From NCBI GenBank assembly GCA_002400365.1, contig DHFK01000087.1:9635-73634 (forward strand): 64,000 nt of DNA, in the 5' to 3' direction. Source of the stretch: Anaerolineales bacterium UBA4826 (GTDB taxonomy: Bacteria; Chloroflexota; Anaerolineae; UBA4142). The notes under the pieces are model-generated. The model searched no databases, was not told the DNA's origin, and worked only from the letters and a program-made list of their open reading frames with translations. This document shows, piece after piece, positions 43,327 through 53,145 of this stretch. The position numbers and the translations under genes were made by a program. Each line of letters opens with the position of its first letter. The first letter of the stretch is position 1.

Positions 43327-44358
43327 TCAGAATGTGTATTCCCGTTTCGTGCGTCTCAGCAGATAGATAAAGAACGGCGCGCCGACGAGCGCGGTCACCA
43401 CGCCGAGCGGCAACTCGGACGGCGCAAGGACAAGGCGCGCGATCAGATCTGCCAGCACGAGAAAAATCGCGCCGCTCAGGAATGAAGCCGGCAACAGCAG
43501 GCGATGATCGGGCCCCAGCACCAAGCGGACGACGTGCGGCACGATCAAGCCGACGAACCCGACCAAGCCGCTGATCGCGACGGCTGCGCCGGTGAGCAAC
43601 GCGCCAATCGTCAGCGCCAGGAATTTTTGCCGCTCGACCGCGACGCCGAGCGCGGCGGCTTGTTCTTCGCCGAGCAGGAACGCGTTGAGATCATTCGCCA
43701 GCGCGAACGCCGCGAGCGCGCCGACGACAACCAGCGGCGTCACGACCTTGAGCGCGTCCCAGCCGCTGGCGCTGACGCCGCCCATGGTCCACAGCACGAC
43801 GCGTTGGAGCGTATTCTGGTTCATCAGCATCAGGAATGACATGACCGACGCCATCATCGAACTCGTCGCAAAGCCCGCGAGCAACAGCGTCGTGATCGGC
43901 GTGCGCGGACCGACGCGCGCGATCTGATAGACGAGCAGCACTGCGCCCAGCGCACCCATGAACGCGGCAATCGGCACGAGCGTGAACGCAAAGACGCCGA
44001 ACGACGCGGGGACGAGCAAGGCGATCGTCGCCGCGAGCGCCGCGCCGCCCGACGTGCCGAGCAAATACGGATCGGCGATCGGATTGCGGAGCAGTCCTTG
44101 GAACAACACGCCCGCGCTGGCGAGCGCGGCGCCGACGATTGCCGCGCCGCAAACACGCGGCAGGCGCAACTGCCACACGATGGTTTCCTGCGTCTCGCTC
44201 CACGCCGCGCCAATGGACACGCCCAGCGCGCGCTTGAGCGCGATCGCGGCGATGTCGCCCAGCGGAATCGCGACGGTGCCAAGCGACGCCGCTACTCCAA
44301 GCGCGAGGAGCAGCGCGAGCGCTAGCAGCGTGAGAGCGAGAATGGGTTGGCGGCGCAT
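43327..44358 (-). CDS. btuC: FecCD/BtuC-family ABC importer permease
   Basis: 343 aa, about 10 TM segments, with typical FecCD blocks (LGTSGGAALAAT, PLGVVTALVGAPFFIYLL). Confidence 0.88.
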   Translation of the reverse strand: MRRQPILALTLLALALLLALGVAASLGTVAIPLGDIAAIALKRALGVSIGAAWSETQETIVWQLRLPRVCGAAIVGAALASAGVLFQGLLRNPIADPYLLGTSGGAALAATIALLVPASFGVFAFTLVPIAAFMGALGAVLLVYQIARVGPRTPITTLLLAGFATSSMMASVMSFLMLMNQNTLQRVVLWTMGGVSASGWDALKVVTPLVVVGALAAFALANDLNAFLLGEEQAAALGVAVERQKFLALTIGALLTGAAVAISGLVGFVGLIVPHVVRLVLGPDHRLLLPASFLSGAIFLVLADLIARLVLAPSELPLGVVTALVGAPFFIYLLRRTKREYTF

Positions 44359-44368
44359 GGGACTAGGC

Positions 44369-44465
44369 GTATGTCATTGCGAGCCAGCATCTTTTGCCGG
44401 CGATGCAATCCCCACAGCACTCTGGGGATTGCTTCGCCGCTTCGGCGGCTCGCAATGACACATAC
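44369..44465. mobile_element. MITE-like palindromic element (GTCATTGCGAGCC family), short copy
   Basis: GTATGTCATTGCGAGCC (44369-44385) versus GGCTCGCAATGACACATAC (44447-44465). Inner GCAATCCCCA/TGGGGATTGC hairpin. It lies between the substrate-binding and permease genes. Confidence 0.65.
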
Positions 44466-44467
44466 CG

Positions 44468-45529
44468 CTACTTGAACAACTCTGGGTGAATGATCTTCGC
44501 CGCGGCTTCCAAGCCATCGGCGATGCGCGGGCCAGGCCGGCTGACCAGGTTATCGTCAATCGGAAAGATTCGGTTGTTCTTGACGGCGTTGATCGCCGAC
44601 CAACCGCCGCGCGCCTTGACTGATTCGGGCGTCGTGCCGTACGCGGCATCGCTCAGGATGATGAGATCAGGATTCGCGGCGATGATCGCTTCCGCGTTCA
44701 CTTGGGCGTACGGCGTTTTGGCATTGGCGGTTGCGTTGACGCCTCCCGCGAGCGTGATGATGTCGTTGATGAACGAGCCGGGACCTGGCGCGTACGGCTT
44801 GGCGGGATCGGTCGCGTCGAGTTCCCAGTAGACCCGCGGCTTGGCCTGCGCGTTCGCCACCTTCGCTTTGACCGCGTCCACTTTTTGCTTCATCGCGTCG
44901 GCGATCGTTTTCGCTTTCGCATCCGTCCCGGTTGCCTTGCCAACCAGCGCGATGTCCGCGGTCACGCTATCGAACGTCGTGTTCATCGAGCCGACGACGA
45001 GCACGGTTAGTTTGAGATCGGCAAGTTTCTTGATGTCGTCAGGACTCTGGATGCCCGCCGCGAGAACCAGATCGGGCTTGAGCGCGACGATTTGCTCAAG
45101 GTTCAGCGGATACGTTTTGATCTTGGGCAAATCCTTCGTCTCGGCGGGATAATCGGAAAACGAATCCACGGCGACGACGCGGCGGCCCAGTCCGAGCGCG
45201 AACGCGATTTCGGTTGTGCTCGGCGCGAGCGAGATGATGCGTTGCGGTAGCGCAGAGATCGTCACGCTTCGATTCGCGCCGTCGGTGACGGTGATCGGCG
45301 CGGGTGTGGCTGTCGCAGGCACCGGCGTCGGCGCGACCGTTGGCGGGATTTTAGTCGGCGCAGCAGTTGGCGGGACGGGCGTCGCGGTTGGCGCGAGCGT
45401 CGCCGGAATTCGAGTCGGCGCAGCGGTGGGAGGAACGGGCGTCGCGGTTGGCGCGGGCGCGCATGCAACAACCGCGACCAGCATTATCGTCAGGGCAATC
45501 AGCCCGGCGGAAAGTTTTCGAGCGTTCAT
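44468..45529 (-). CDS. btuF: periplasmic-binding-protein (BtuF/TroA-like) lipoprotein of the ABC importer
   Basis: Lipobox VVAC, a P/T/A-rich repeated linker, then a class III PBP domain (RIISLAPSTTEI..). AGGAGA sits 6 nt upstream of the ATG at 45529. Confidence 0.82.
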   Translation of the reverse strand: MNARKLSAGLIALTIMLVAVVACAPAPTATPVPPTAAPTRIPATLAPTATPVPPTAAPTKIPPTVAPTPVPATATPAPITVTDGANRSVTISALPQRIISLAPSTTEIAFALGLGRRVVAVDSFSDYPAETKDLPKIKTYPLNLEQIVALKPDLVLAAGIQSPDDIKKLADLKLTVLVVGSMNTTFDSVTADIALVGKATGTDAKAKTIADAMKQKVDAVKAKVANAQAKPRVYWELDATDPAKPYAPGPGSFINDIITLAGGVNATANAKTPYAQVNAEAIIAANPDLIILSDAAYGTTPESVKARGGWSAINAVKNNRIFPIDDNLVSRPGPRIADGLEAAAKIIHPELFK

Positions 45530-45561
45530 TGGATTCTCCTGTTGTGAATTTAATGCACGAT

Positions 45562-45600
45562 GGAAAAACAAAAATCCCCTTGCCTTTTCGACAAGGGGAT
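45562..45600 (-). terminator. riboswitch expression-platform terminator
   Basis: Minus strand: ATCCCCTTG-TCGAAAAGG-CAAGGGGAT followed by TTTTGTTTTT. It ends 33 nt before the ATG. Confidence 0.85.
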
Positions 45601-45682
45601 CAAGTCGCGTGAGTCATCATCATCCTGCCCCCTTTCTCGCGAAGGTTGCGTCGGGTAAGCGCGATCAGATTGCATCGCGCTC

Positions 45683-45865
45683 TGACAGAGACAGGTTTTC
45701 TGGCTTGCTAGCAGATAACGTATGGCAGATGGCAGATGGCTATTGAGGTTTTTGCCATAAGCCATTTGCTCTTTGCTATCTGCTAGTCCACAGTTGCGGG
45801 ACAGCGTCGGCTTGACCGAACTTGCCCTGTTTGGCTCTCCCTTTCGGAAAGAGTCACCTCTGTCA
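45683..45865 (-). promoter_or_regulatory. cobalamin riboswitch aptamer
   Basis: The minus strand contains GGTGAC..TTCCGAAAGGGAG..AACAGGGCAAG..GGTCAAGCC..GCTGTCCCGCAACTGTGG, then the B12 box AAGCCAGAAAACCTGTC. P1 pairs TGACAGAG (45865-45858) with CTCTGTCA (45690-45683). It is upstream of btuFCD-like genes. Confidence 0.85.
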
Positions 45866-45946
45866 ATTCCTATTGCGTTGAAAATGTACGGATCGCTCAA
45901 CCATCCTCGCAAAGGCCCCAAACCTTCGCAAGGTTCTGGTTCGTGA

Positions 45947-46507
45947 TTATCCGAGGATGTCTGCCACGGCGAGTTCTAAACCAGGCAGGGCTTGCGGACA
46001 AAGAACTTGACCGCGCCTAACTTGCCGAACCTCAGCGTACCCCTTTGCCGAGGGCTGACGGAAGACCTCGATATAATCTTCGCTCAGGTCAACCAGCCAC
46101 AGTTCAGGGATACCGGCTTGCGCATAGAGCGGCGCTTTCGTTTCTCGGTCAAAGTCGGCGGAGGTCTCCGCCACCTCGACGATCAACAACACATCTTCGG
46201 GTTCCGGGTGCGCTCGTTCATAGAAATCATCGCGCGGCTGTAACAAAGCCAGGTCCGGCTGTGGTTCGGAGCGCTTGCTTAGGTGAATCGGGTTCTGCAC
46301 ACTGACGATCGCGCGCGTGCCTATTCGTGCAGAGAAAATTTGATTCAGCCGACGGACACACGCGGCATGGCGACTGCCAATTGGACTCATTTCCAAGATC
46401 TCCCCTTCGATGAGTTCTACCCGGTCGTCCTCCGAAAGGATGCCGCTCCGCGCCATCTGATAATATTCTTCGACCGTAAAAAGTCGTTTCAGAGTTTGAA
46501 GCGTCAC
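45947..46507 (-). CDS. Uma2-family (DUF820) restriction-endonuclease-fold protein
   Basis: 186 aa. FTVEEYYQM...RVELIEGEILEMSPIGSRH...PDLAL...EV..S typical Uma2 pattern. Confidence 0.85.
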   Translation of the reverse strand: MTLQTLKRLFTVEEYYQMARSGILSEDDRVELIEGEILEMSPIGSRHAACVRRLNQIFSARIGTRAIVSVQNPIHLSKRSEPQPDLALLQPRDDFYERAHPEPEDVLLIVEVAETSADFDRETKAPLYAQAGIPELWLVDLSEDYIEVFRQPSAKGYAEVRQVRRGQVLCPQALPGLELAVADILG

Positions 46508-46599
46508 TCCGACCTCCTGCCACGCCGTCCTCTGTATAACACAATCTCACTGGCTCGTCAAATCAACGGTCATCTCATTTGGCGTCATGCGAACATTCG

Positions 46600-48291
46600 T
46601 CACATCGTCTCCGGCGCGCGCACGCCCATCAGGTTCAGCGTCCGCGCGAGCGTGTGCTGCGCGGCGGCGACCAGTTTCAAGCGCGCGCGCGTGAGCGCCG
46701 CGTCTGCCGGATCGGACGAGACGACGCGGCATTGCTTGTAGAACGAGTGGAAGATGCCCGCGAGTTCGATGCCATAATGCGGCAGGTGATGCGGCTCCAG
46801 TTTCGTCGCGGCAAGTTCGATGATCTCCGGCAGGCGCAGCATCGCGCGAATGAGTTCCAGTTCGGCGGGATGCGTGAGCAACGCCACGTCGCCGCCTGCG
46901 CTCGATACACCCGACTCTGCCGCTTTTTTGAGGATACTCGCGATGCGCGCGTGCGCGTACTGCACATAGTACACCGGATTTTCCTCCGACTGTTTGACCG
47001 CGACATCGAGATCGAAATCAAGCGTGGAATTAGCGGACTGGGTGATGAGCATAAAGCGCACGGCGTCGGGACCCACTTCCTCGATCAGTTCATCGAGCGT
47101 GACGAATTCGCCGGTGCGCTTGCTCATGCGCACCGCTTCGCCGCCGCGCCGGAGCGTGACGAATTGGTAAATCACAATCCTGACGCGTTTTTCGTCCAAG
47201 CCGAGCACGCGCGTCGCCGCCAAGAGGCGAGCGACATCGCCGTGGTGGTCTGCGCCCCAGACGTAGATGGCGCGATCGAATTCCCGCAGCGCGAGTTTGT
47301 TCCATACGTACGCGATATCCGACGCCAGATACGTCGGGCGTTCATCCGGTTCGGCGATCACTTGCGGCGAACGGATCAGCACTTCGTCTTTCGCTTCGCC
47401 TAATGCCTGCGCGGCAAACCAGGTCGCGCCATCCTTCTCGAAAACCAGCCCCTGGTCCTGAAGAATCTTGAGCGCCTGCGCAAAGGTGCCATCCTCGTGC
47501 AACGAGCGCTCCGAGAGCCAGGTGTCAAAGCGCACGTTCATGCGCAACAGCGTCTCGCGCAAACTAGCAACCACCACGTCAATTCCCAGGCGCCCCAGTT
47601 CGCGGACGGCTTGGTCGCGCGACATCTTTAGAAATCTGTCGCCGTGCTGCTGCGCCCAGTGCTTGCCCATCTCGACGACATAGCCCCCTTGGTAGCCATC
47701 TGCAGGGAGTTTTTCGTCGCGCCCCAATGCCTGCGCGTAGCGCGCGAAAATGCTTTCGCCAAAGTGCCGCACCTGCGAGCCGTTGTCGTTGATGTAAAAC
47801 TCGCGCTGAACGTCGTGCCCGGCGGCTTGCAAGATGTTCGCCAGCGTGTCGCCGATCGCGCCATTGCGTCCGCTGCCAACGTGCATCGGTCCGGTCGGAT
47901 TGACGCTGACGTGCTCGACCTGGATTTTCAACCGGCGTTCGGGCTGCAGATTGCCAAAGCGCGCGCCCTCGGCAAGGATCGCGTCCACTTGACGCGCGAG
48001 CCAGGCATCGCTCAGCGTGAAATTCACAAAGCCCGGCGCGCGCGCTTCGACCCTGCCGACCGCGTCGTCGGGCGGGACGTGCGCGGCGAGCGCCTGCGCG
48101 ATTTGGAGCGGCGCGCGTTGCGCGGCGCGGGCGAGTTTCAGCGGCAGCGCGGTGGAGAAATCGCCCCACTCTTTTTTCTGCGGACGCTCGACGAAAACAG
48201 CGGGGGCTGGAAACGCGGGGAGCGCGCCCGCGGTCTGCGCCCGCGCGATGGCTTGTTTAACGAGTTCGGCGAGCTGATTTTTGATCAACAT
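46600..48291 (-). CDS. argS: arginine--tRNA ligase
   Basis: 563 aa. HIGH-type motif PTGPMHVGSGRN, MSKRTGE (KMSK-like) and a DALR anticodon-binding C-terminus. Confidence 0.95.
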   Translation of the reverse strand: MLIKNQLAELVKQAIARAQTAGALPAFPAPAVFVERPQKKEWGDFSTALPLKLARAAQRAPLQIAQALAAHVPPDDAVGRVEARAPGFVNFTLSDAWLARQVDAILAEGARFGNLQPERRLKIQVEHVSVNPTGPMHVGSGRNGAIGDTLANILQAAGHDVQREFYINDNGSQVRHFGESIFARYAQALGRDEKLPADGYQGGYVVEMGKHWAQQHGDRFLKMSRDQAVRELGRLGIDVVVASLRETLLRMNVRFDTWLSERSLHEDGTFAQALKILQDQGLVFEKDGATWFAAQALGEAKDEVLIRSPQVIAEPDERPTYLASDIAYVWNKLALREFDRAIYVWGADHHGDVARLLAATRVLGLDEKRVRIVIYQFVTLRRGGEAVRMSKRTGEFVTLDELIEEVGPDAVRFMLITQSANSTLDFDLDVAVKQSEENPVYYVQYAHARIASILKKAAESGVSSAGGDVALLTHPAELELIRAMLRLPEIIELAATKLEPHHLPHYGIELAGIFHSFYKQCRVVSSDPADAALTRARLKLVAAAQHTLARTLNLMGVRAPETM

Positions 48292-49066
48292 TTTTGGCTT
48301 TCCTAAAGTTGTTCTTGGGCGACCAACTCAAGAACGCGTAGATCGGATACAACTGCTCAATGCGCGTCAACACTTCGTCCGCGATGTGCTCCGCGCTCAG
48401 GCGTTTGTCGTTGGAGGGATAGTAAATGCCCAAACGCAAATCGTGTCCGCCGGGCTTGTACTTTTCCATCGTCGCGTTCAACATGCCGACGTTGACCAAG
48501 CGGCTTGCTTTGGCGCGCAGCGCTTCTTCGTAACGCGTGAATCCGTCTTCGCCGCGGATGTACTGCGAGAGCCGCAGCGTGTACTCGCCGCCCAGGTCTG
48601 CGAGCAGCGTTCGAAAATGACCGCGCTGATCCGCGCCGTCGCGCAGGCGCTCCTTGAGATTCTGCCCATCCACCCACGCCTTGTCGCTGACGTAGAGTTC
48701 AACCGCGAAACCCTCTTTGTCAATGCGCGCCGCGATCATCGCGTTGGCGTAAAAGTGCCCAAAGTCTTCGAACAGTTCTTTCTTCATCAACTTGATCGTC
48801 GTCTCGGGCTTGCTATAGCGCAGGGTCATAAAGTCAATGCGCGGCGTCGCCGGCGAAATGCGCGACGCGCTGATCAGCCACTGCGTCATCCAGTGCGGAT
48901 GCAGATCCCATTTGCGTTTGCGAATCTCGGGATAGACCGCACGATGCAGGAACACGAGTTTGTCTTTGACGCGCTCGCGTTCGCCGTCGTAATCGGGATT
49001 GCCGCCGAGTCCGTTTTCAAAGACCGCGTAATCGGCGGGCGAAAAGAACAGTCCGTCTCTAGTCAT
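48257..49066 (-). CDS. hypothetical protein
   Basis: 269-aa ORF with coding-like codon usage and no recognisable motif. It overlaps the argS start by 35 nt and the upstream gene's stop by 8 nt. Confidence 0.5.
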   Translation of the reverse strand: MTRDGLFFSPADYAVFENGLGGNPDYDGERERVKDKLVFLHRAVYPEIRKRKWDLHPHWMTQWLISASRISPATPRIDFMTLRYSKPETTIKLMKKELFEDFGHFYANAMIAARIDKEGFAVELYVSDKAWVDGQNLKERLRDGADQRGHFRTLLADLGGEYTLRLSQYIRGEDGFTRYEEALRAKASRLVNVGMLNATMEKYKPGGHDLRLGIYYPSNDKRLSAEHIADEVLTRIEQLYPIYAFLSWSPKNNFRKAKNVDQKSARRTR

Positions 49067-51791
49067 GGTGGATTCTGTTTCCGTGTCGAAGATAGAAAAT
49101 CACAATGCCGGTCACAATCAAAAGACTTGCGCTGACTGCCGCGCCGAGCATAAACGACATCGGGCGATAATCGAAAACAAGCGTATGCGTCCCCGGTTCG
49201 ATCCGCACCGCGCGGAACAAAACATCCGCGCGATAGAGCGGCGCCGGCTGACCATCCACGAACGCGTTCCAACCCGGATACCATGAATCGGTCAGCACCA
49301 CATAGCCCGGCTGAGCCGTCGTCGCCGCCATTTCGACGCGCTCGGGTTGGTAACGCGTGATGGCGATGGTGTCGGGCGACTCTGGTTGCGGCAACGCCTG
49401 CGCCAAGTCTGCCTCCGCAGACTCTTCACCGAGCAACACCACCTGGTCGGCGCGAAAATTCCTTTCGCTCAAGCGCGCGAGCGCCGCGTCGTCGTTCATC
49501 ACTTTTGCCGCGTGTACGACGAACGCGCGCGGCAGCAGGTCGAGATTCTCCCACGCCGCGACCGTATCGCTCAGATACGCCAGCCGGAACGCGTTCTTGC
49601 CGGTCAGATGCGCGAGCGAAATAGACGCGCCGTTCGCCGCGTTGAACCAGATACTTTCGATCAGCAGGCGCGCGGTCGGCTGCAGTACGCGGACGCCTAC
49701 GCCGACGATCTTGCGCGCCGCCAAGTCGTACCGCGCGAGGTACGTGTGTCCCTCGAACGCGCGACCGAACGCGCGCCAGTACGCTGAGAAAGAGTGTGCG
49801 ATCCGCGCGCGCTGATGCTTGATTTGGTGCGCGGCTTGCTTGCGGTCGTAATCCCAGTCCGCCGTTTCGACGCCGACGCGCAAGGACAAGGTCTTGGTCG
49901 TATCGTCGTCAAAGCGTAAAGTGATTTCAGCCACCGGCGTGCCGTCCGCAAGGTTCGCGGCTTGCTCGGTTGCGGACGCAATGTACATCACAGCCGCCGG
50001 CGTCGGCGCAATGCTAACTTCGTTGTCCAAAATATCCAGCGCGACGGAATCGGCGGGCGTCGCCATCTTCGTCTGCGGTCGTGGCTCGAGGGGGACCATC
50101 CAATAGCGCACGTTCAGCAGGCTCAGCATCGCCGGCGCAAGGTTGTAAAAGTACGCCTGGTGCCTGGCATATTCGAGCGACGTGTACGCCTGCGCGCTCT
50201 CTCGCCCAAAGGTCAGTCCGCTCGACGGAAAGAAACTGCCGCGCAGCGCCGGGAGAGACGGAAAGACCGACAAATCGGTGAACACGCGCTCGGGTTTTTG
50301 CGGCGCGCCCAGCGCAGTCGCCGATCGCGGTACCGTCTCAACGTACGCCGCCGGCGTTAGCGCGTCTATCGTCGCCAAGAACGGCGGGAAGAAACTTGCC
50401 AGGTCAAGCACGGTCAGCCCGACGATCGCGCTCGCCAAGACCGCGCCGTCGAGCCGACGCATCTTGCTCAGTCCAATCAGCGCCACCGAAACGAGCCCGA
50501 GCGGTAACGGGAGGATCTGCCACACCGTGAGCCAAAAGTCGAGGGGTTGCGCGTACGCCAATGCGATGACGCCCAGCGCGAACCCGGTCGCGAGAGTGAT
50601 CGTTCGTTTGCCTAATTCTCGGGTTTGCGCCAATGCGTCTAGCGCGCTCGCGCCCAAAAGCGCTGCCGCAAAAACAAAGATAAAGAGATAGCGCGCCGGC
50701 ACGCGGAACAAGCCAAAGATCGGCAGGCGATAGAGCCAGGCGTACAGCGGATTCTGTCCGCCCAACGCCAGCGCCAACGCGACCAACGCCAAGCACAGCA
50801 GGAAAATCGTCTGACGATTCCGGCGCAGCAACGGCGCAAGCAGCGCGAGCAGCAGCGGCGCGATGCCAAAGTAGAACCAGTACTCGCCGCTCGCTTCCGA
50901 CGGCTCGCCGCGAGCAAAAGGCAAAAGCGCCTGAGAAAGCGCTTCGACCGGCAGCGAATAACTGGCGAAAAACTCTTGGCTCGCTGCGCGGCGAACCGAA
51001 TAGCCGGTCAATTCGCTCGTCGGCAGCAGTTGCGCCGCGGCGATACCACCCCCCAGTATGCCGGGCAGCACCGTAGAGAAAACGACCGCCGCTAGCGCGG
51101 CGCGCCCGTGCGCGCGCCGATGCCACAGCCATCCGCCGGCAATGCCGAACGCGCCGAACGTGAGCGCGTTCAGGAACGCCAACTGCGCCGAGCCGCAGAG
51201 AAACTGGACGCCGAACGCCAGCGTGGTAAGCGCGAACCACACCGCGCGGCGATCGGTCATTGCGCGGAGCGATTTTTGCAGCCGGTCTTGAAAGAAAATC
51301 AACCACGGCAGCCACGCCATCGTCGCGATGACGGAGGGATGCGAGAGATGTCCAAAGATCACGCCGTTGAACGAAAAGACGAATCCCGCCAGGCACGCGC
51401 CCGGCGCGCGCACCCCCAGCGACCGCGCGCAAGCGTACATGCCGACGCCCGCCCACGCCAGGTGGAGCAAAATTCCGTACGACAGCGCGAAATGCGCCGG
51501 CAATAGTTTGTAAAGGAGCCAATTGATCGGATACAGCGCGCCCACCTGCCCTTCCGCCAGTAGCGGAAAACCGGCGAGCAAGCCCGGCGTCCAGAGCGGC
51601 AGCCGCCCCTCGTTCAGCGCGCGCGCCAGTTCAACGCCAAAGGGATGGAACAAGCGCACGACATCCGTCGTGAACCAGACATTCTGCCCGAGCGTCACCT
51701 GCCAGAAATACACCGGCGACCACGCGGCGAGCAACGCAATCGCCCCCACGTCTCCGCTACGGAAGAATCTGAGTTCACGGAAAGCGGACAT
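49059..51791 (-). CDS. YfhO-family polytopic membrane protein (glycosyl-transfer associated)
   Basis: 910 aa. N-terminal LPLWTPGLLAGFPLLAEGQVGALYPINWL is typical of YfhO. It has more than 12 TM segments and one C-terminal TM. Confidence 0.75.
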   Translation of the reverse strand: MSAFRELRFFRSGDVGAIALLAAWSPVYFWQVTLGQNVWFTTDVVRLFHPFGVELARALNEGRLPLWTPGLLAGFPLLAEGQVGALYPINWLLYKLLPAHFALSYGILLHLAWAGVGMYACARSLGVRAPGACLAGFVFSFNGVIFGHLSHPSVIATMAWLPWLIFFQDRLQKSLRAMTDRRAVWFALTTLAFGVQFLCGSAQLAFLNALTFGAFGIAGGWLWHRRAHGRAALAAVVFSTVLPGILGGGIAAAQLLPTSELTGYSVRRAASQEFFASYSLPVEALSQALLPFARGEPSEASGEYWFYFGIAPLLLALLAPLLRRNRQTIFLLCLALVALALALGGQNPLYAWLYRLPIFGLFRVPARYLFIFVFAAALLGASALDALAQTRELGKRTITLATGFALGVIALAYAQPLDFWLTVWQILPLPLGLVSVALIGLSKMRRLDGAVLASAIVGLTVLDLASFFPPFLATIDALTPAAYVETVPRSATALGAPQKPERVFTDLSVFPSLPALRGSFFPSSGLTFGRESAQAYTSLEYARHQAYFYNLAPAMLSLLNVRYWMVPLEPRPQTKMATPADSVALDILDNEVSIAPTPAAVMYIASATEQAANLADGTPVAEITLRFDDDTTKTLSLRVGVETADWDYDRKQAAHQIKHQRARIAHSFSAYWRAFGRAFEGHTYLARYDLAARKIVGVGVRVLQPTARLLIESIWFNAANGASISLAHLTGKNAFRLAYLSDTVAAWENLDLLPRAFVVHAAKVMNDDAALARLSERNFRADQVVLLGEESAEADLAQALPQPESPDTIAITRYQPERVEMAATTAQPGYVVLTDSWYPGWNAFVDGQPAPLYRADVLFRAVRIEPGTHTLVFDYRPMSFMLGAAVSASLLIVTGIVIFYLRHGNRIHHD

Positions 51792-53145
51792 TCCACTTGA
51801 AACCGAAAAATGGAAAACGATTCACGTCGCGCGTCATTTGCAACGGCGGCAGCCAATCCTGCCACGGCGCTTGCGCGCCTTGCAGCGACGAGTACGCCGA
51901 AAGCGCAAGCAGCGGCGCGAACAAGATCCAGCCGACATGCTTCCAGGTGCTTGCGTTCAGCGGCGGCGCATCAAAGATGAACGCGCACAAGGTGGGAATT
52001 GCCGGGATGAACCAACGCTCGCCATAGCCCGTGCCGCCATAGTTGCCTGTTTGCGTCGCCAGGTAGACACTCAACACGATAAAGCCCAACGCCGTAGAAA
52101 TTCCTTCGATCCAAAGTGGGTGTTTGCGCTTCAATCCTACTCCGATCGCGCCGACCAGCGCGAACAACAACAGCGGATTGTAGGCGAACAGCCCTTTGCC
52201 GCCGAGGAACATGCGGAACGCGTACGCCGCGTAATCGTCCGGCGTACCGTTTCCGCCGAACGTCGCGGGAAACGCCGAGCCGGGATAATTATAGCCGTTC
52301 GTAAGCATGTACGGCGGCAGGATCGTCTGCGCGATTTGATAATCGAGCAGCGCGGTCACGAGCATTGGAATCGCCGCGCCGATCAAAAAGAATCCCCAGC
52401 GCCAGCGCTGCCGCGCCAGCGCAATCCCGGCGATACTCGCGGCGACAATACCCGCCAGCACATCGAACGAAACCGCCAGGGCGGCTAGGAATCCTGCGGC
52501 AACGAGGAGTCCGTCGGAGAAACCCGTTTTCTGCGCTTTTTCGATGCATGTCCCGCCTGATGAGGAAGAAAACGGGTTTCTGAAACTGTGCACACTCGCG
52601 TCGCGCGTCGTCAATATATAGAAACTCGCAAAGAGACTTGCCGCCGCCGGAACATGATGGTTGAAAACAAGCGCGAACGGAAACAGCAGCGTGCCCAGCC
52701 CCAACGCCAGTATCCCGATCGCCGCAATCCACACCGGCACCGCGCGGCGCAGCGCGTGATCGAAAAAGAGCCAGAGCATCAGCGCAGCGGGAACGGCAAC
52801 CAGAATCAAAGTGAGCCAGGGGTACGCGCACCTCTGGCAATCAGGCGCGAGCGACGCGCCGAAGCCAAAACGCAAAATCGCGTACACCCCCGCGCCGATC
52901 AGGGTCAGCGCCGGCATTTTGTCGGAATAGAACTTGCCGCCGATCAGGACCTTGTCCTTGGTCGCGTCCACCCAGAGCGAATGGTCAATGGACCACGTCC
53001 CACGTTCCGCCAACGATTCGATCGCGGCGACGCGCGCGATGTCGTTCCACGACTCTGGCTTGCTCTTGATCAGCGTGAGCGCCCCGCCGAGAAACAAAAG
53101 CGCGATTCCCGCGCCGATTACCCTTCGCCATTTGCGATTCGCCAT
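51775..53145 (-). CDS. GT-C-like polytopic membrane protein (putative glycosyltransferase) with palindromic-element insert
   Basis: 456 aa. The DKVLIGGKFYSDKMPALTLIG loop resembles the first periplasmic loop of ArnT/PMT-like enzymes. The start at 53145 lies inside a heptamer array and overlaps polA by 28 nt, so it is uncertain. Confidence 0.5.
   Translation of the reverse strand: MANRKWRRVIGAGIALLFLGGALTLIKSKPESWNDIARVAAIESLAERGTWSIDHSLWVDATKDKVLIGGKFYSDKMPALTLIGAGVYAILRFGFGASLAPDCQRCAYPWLTLILVAVPAALMLWLFFDHALRRAVPVWIAAIGILALGLGTLLFPFALVFNHHVPAAASLFASFYILTTRDASVHSFRNPFSSSSGGTCIEKAQKTGFSDGLLVAAGFLAALAVSFDVLAGIVAASIAGIALARQRWRWGFFLIGAAIPMLVTALLDYQIAQTILPPYMLTNGYNYPGSAFPATFGGNGTPDDYAAYAFRMFLGGKGLFAYNPLLLFALVGAIGVGLKRKHPLWIEGISTALGFIVLSVYLATQTGNYGGTGYGERWFIPAIPTLCAFIFDAPPLNASTWKHVGWILFAPLLALSAYSSLQGAQAPWQDWLPPLQMTRDVNRFPFFGFKWNVRFP
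52518..52581. repeat. GAAACCCGTTTTC palindromic element, copy C (inside a CDS, reading frame maintained)
   Basis: AGAAACCCGTTTTC (52518-52531) and GAAAACGGGTTTCT (52568-52581). On the minus strand it reads FRNPFSSSSGGTCIEKAQKTGFS. Confidence 0.9.
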
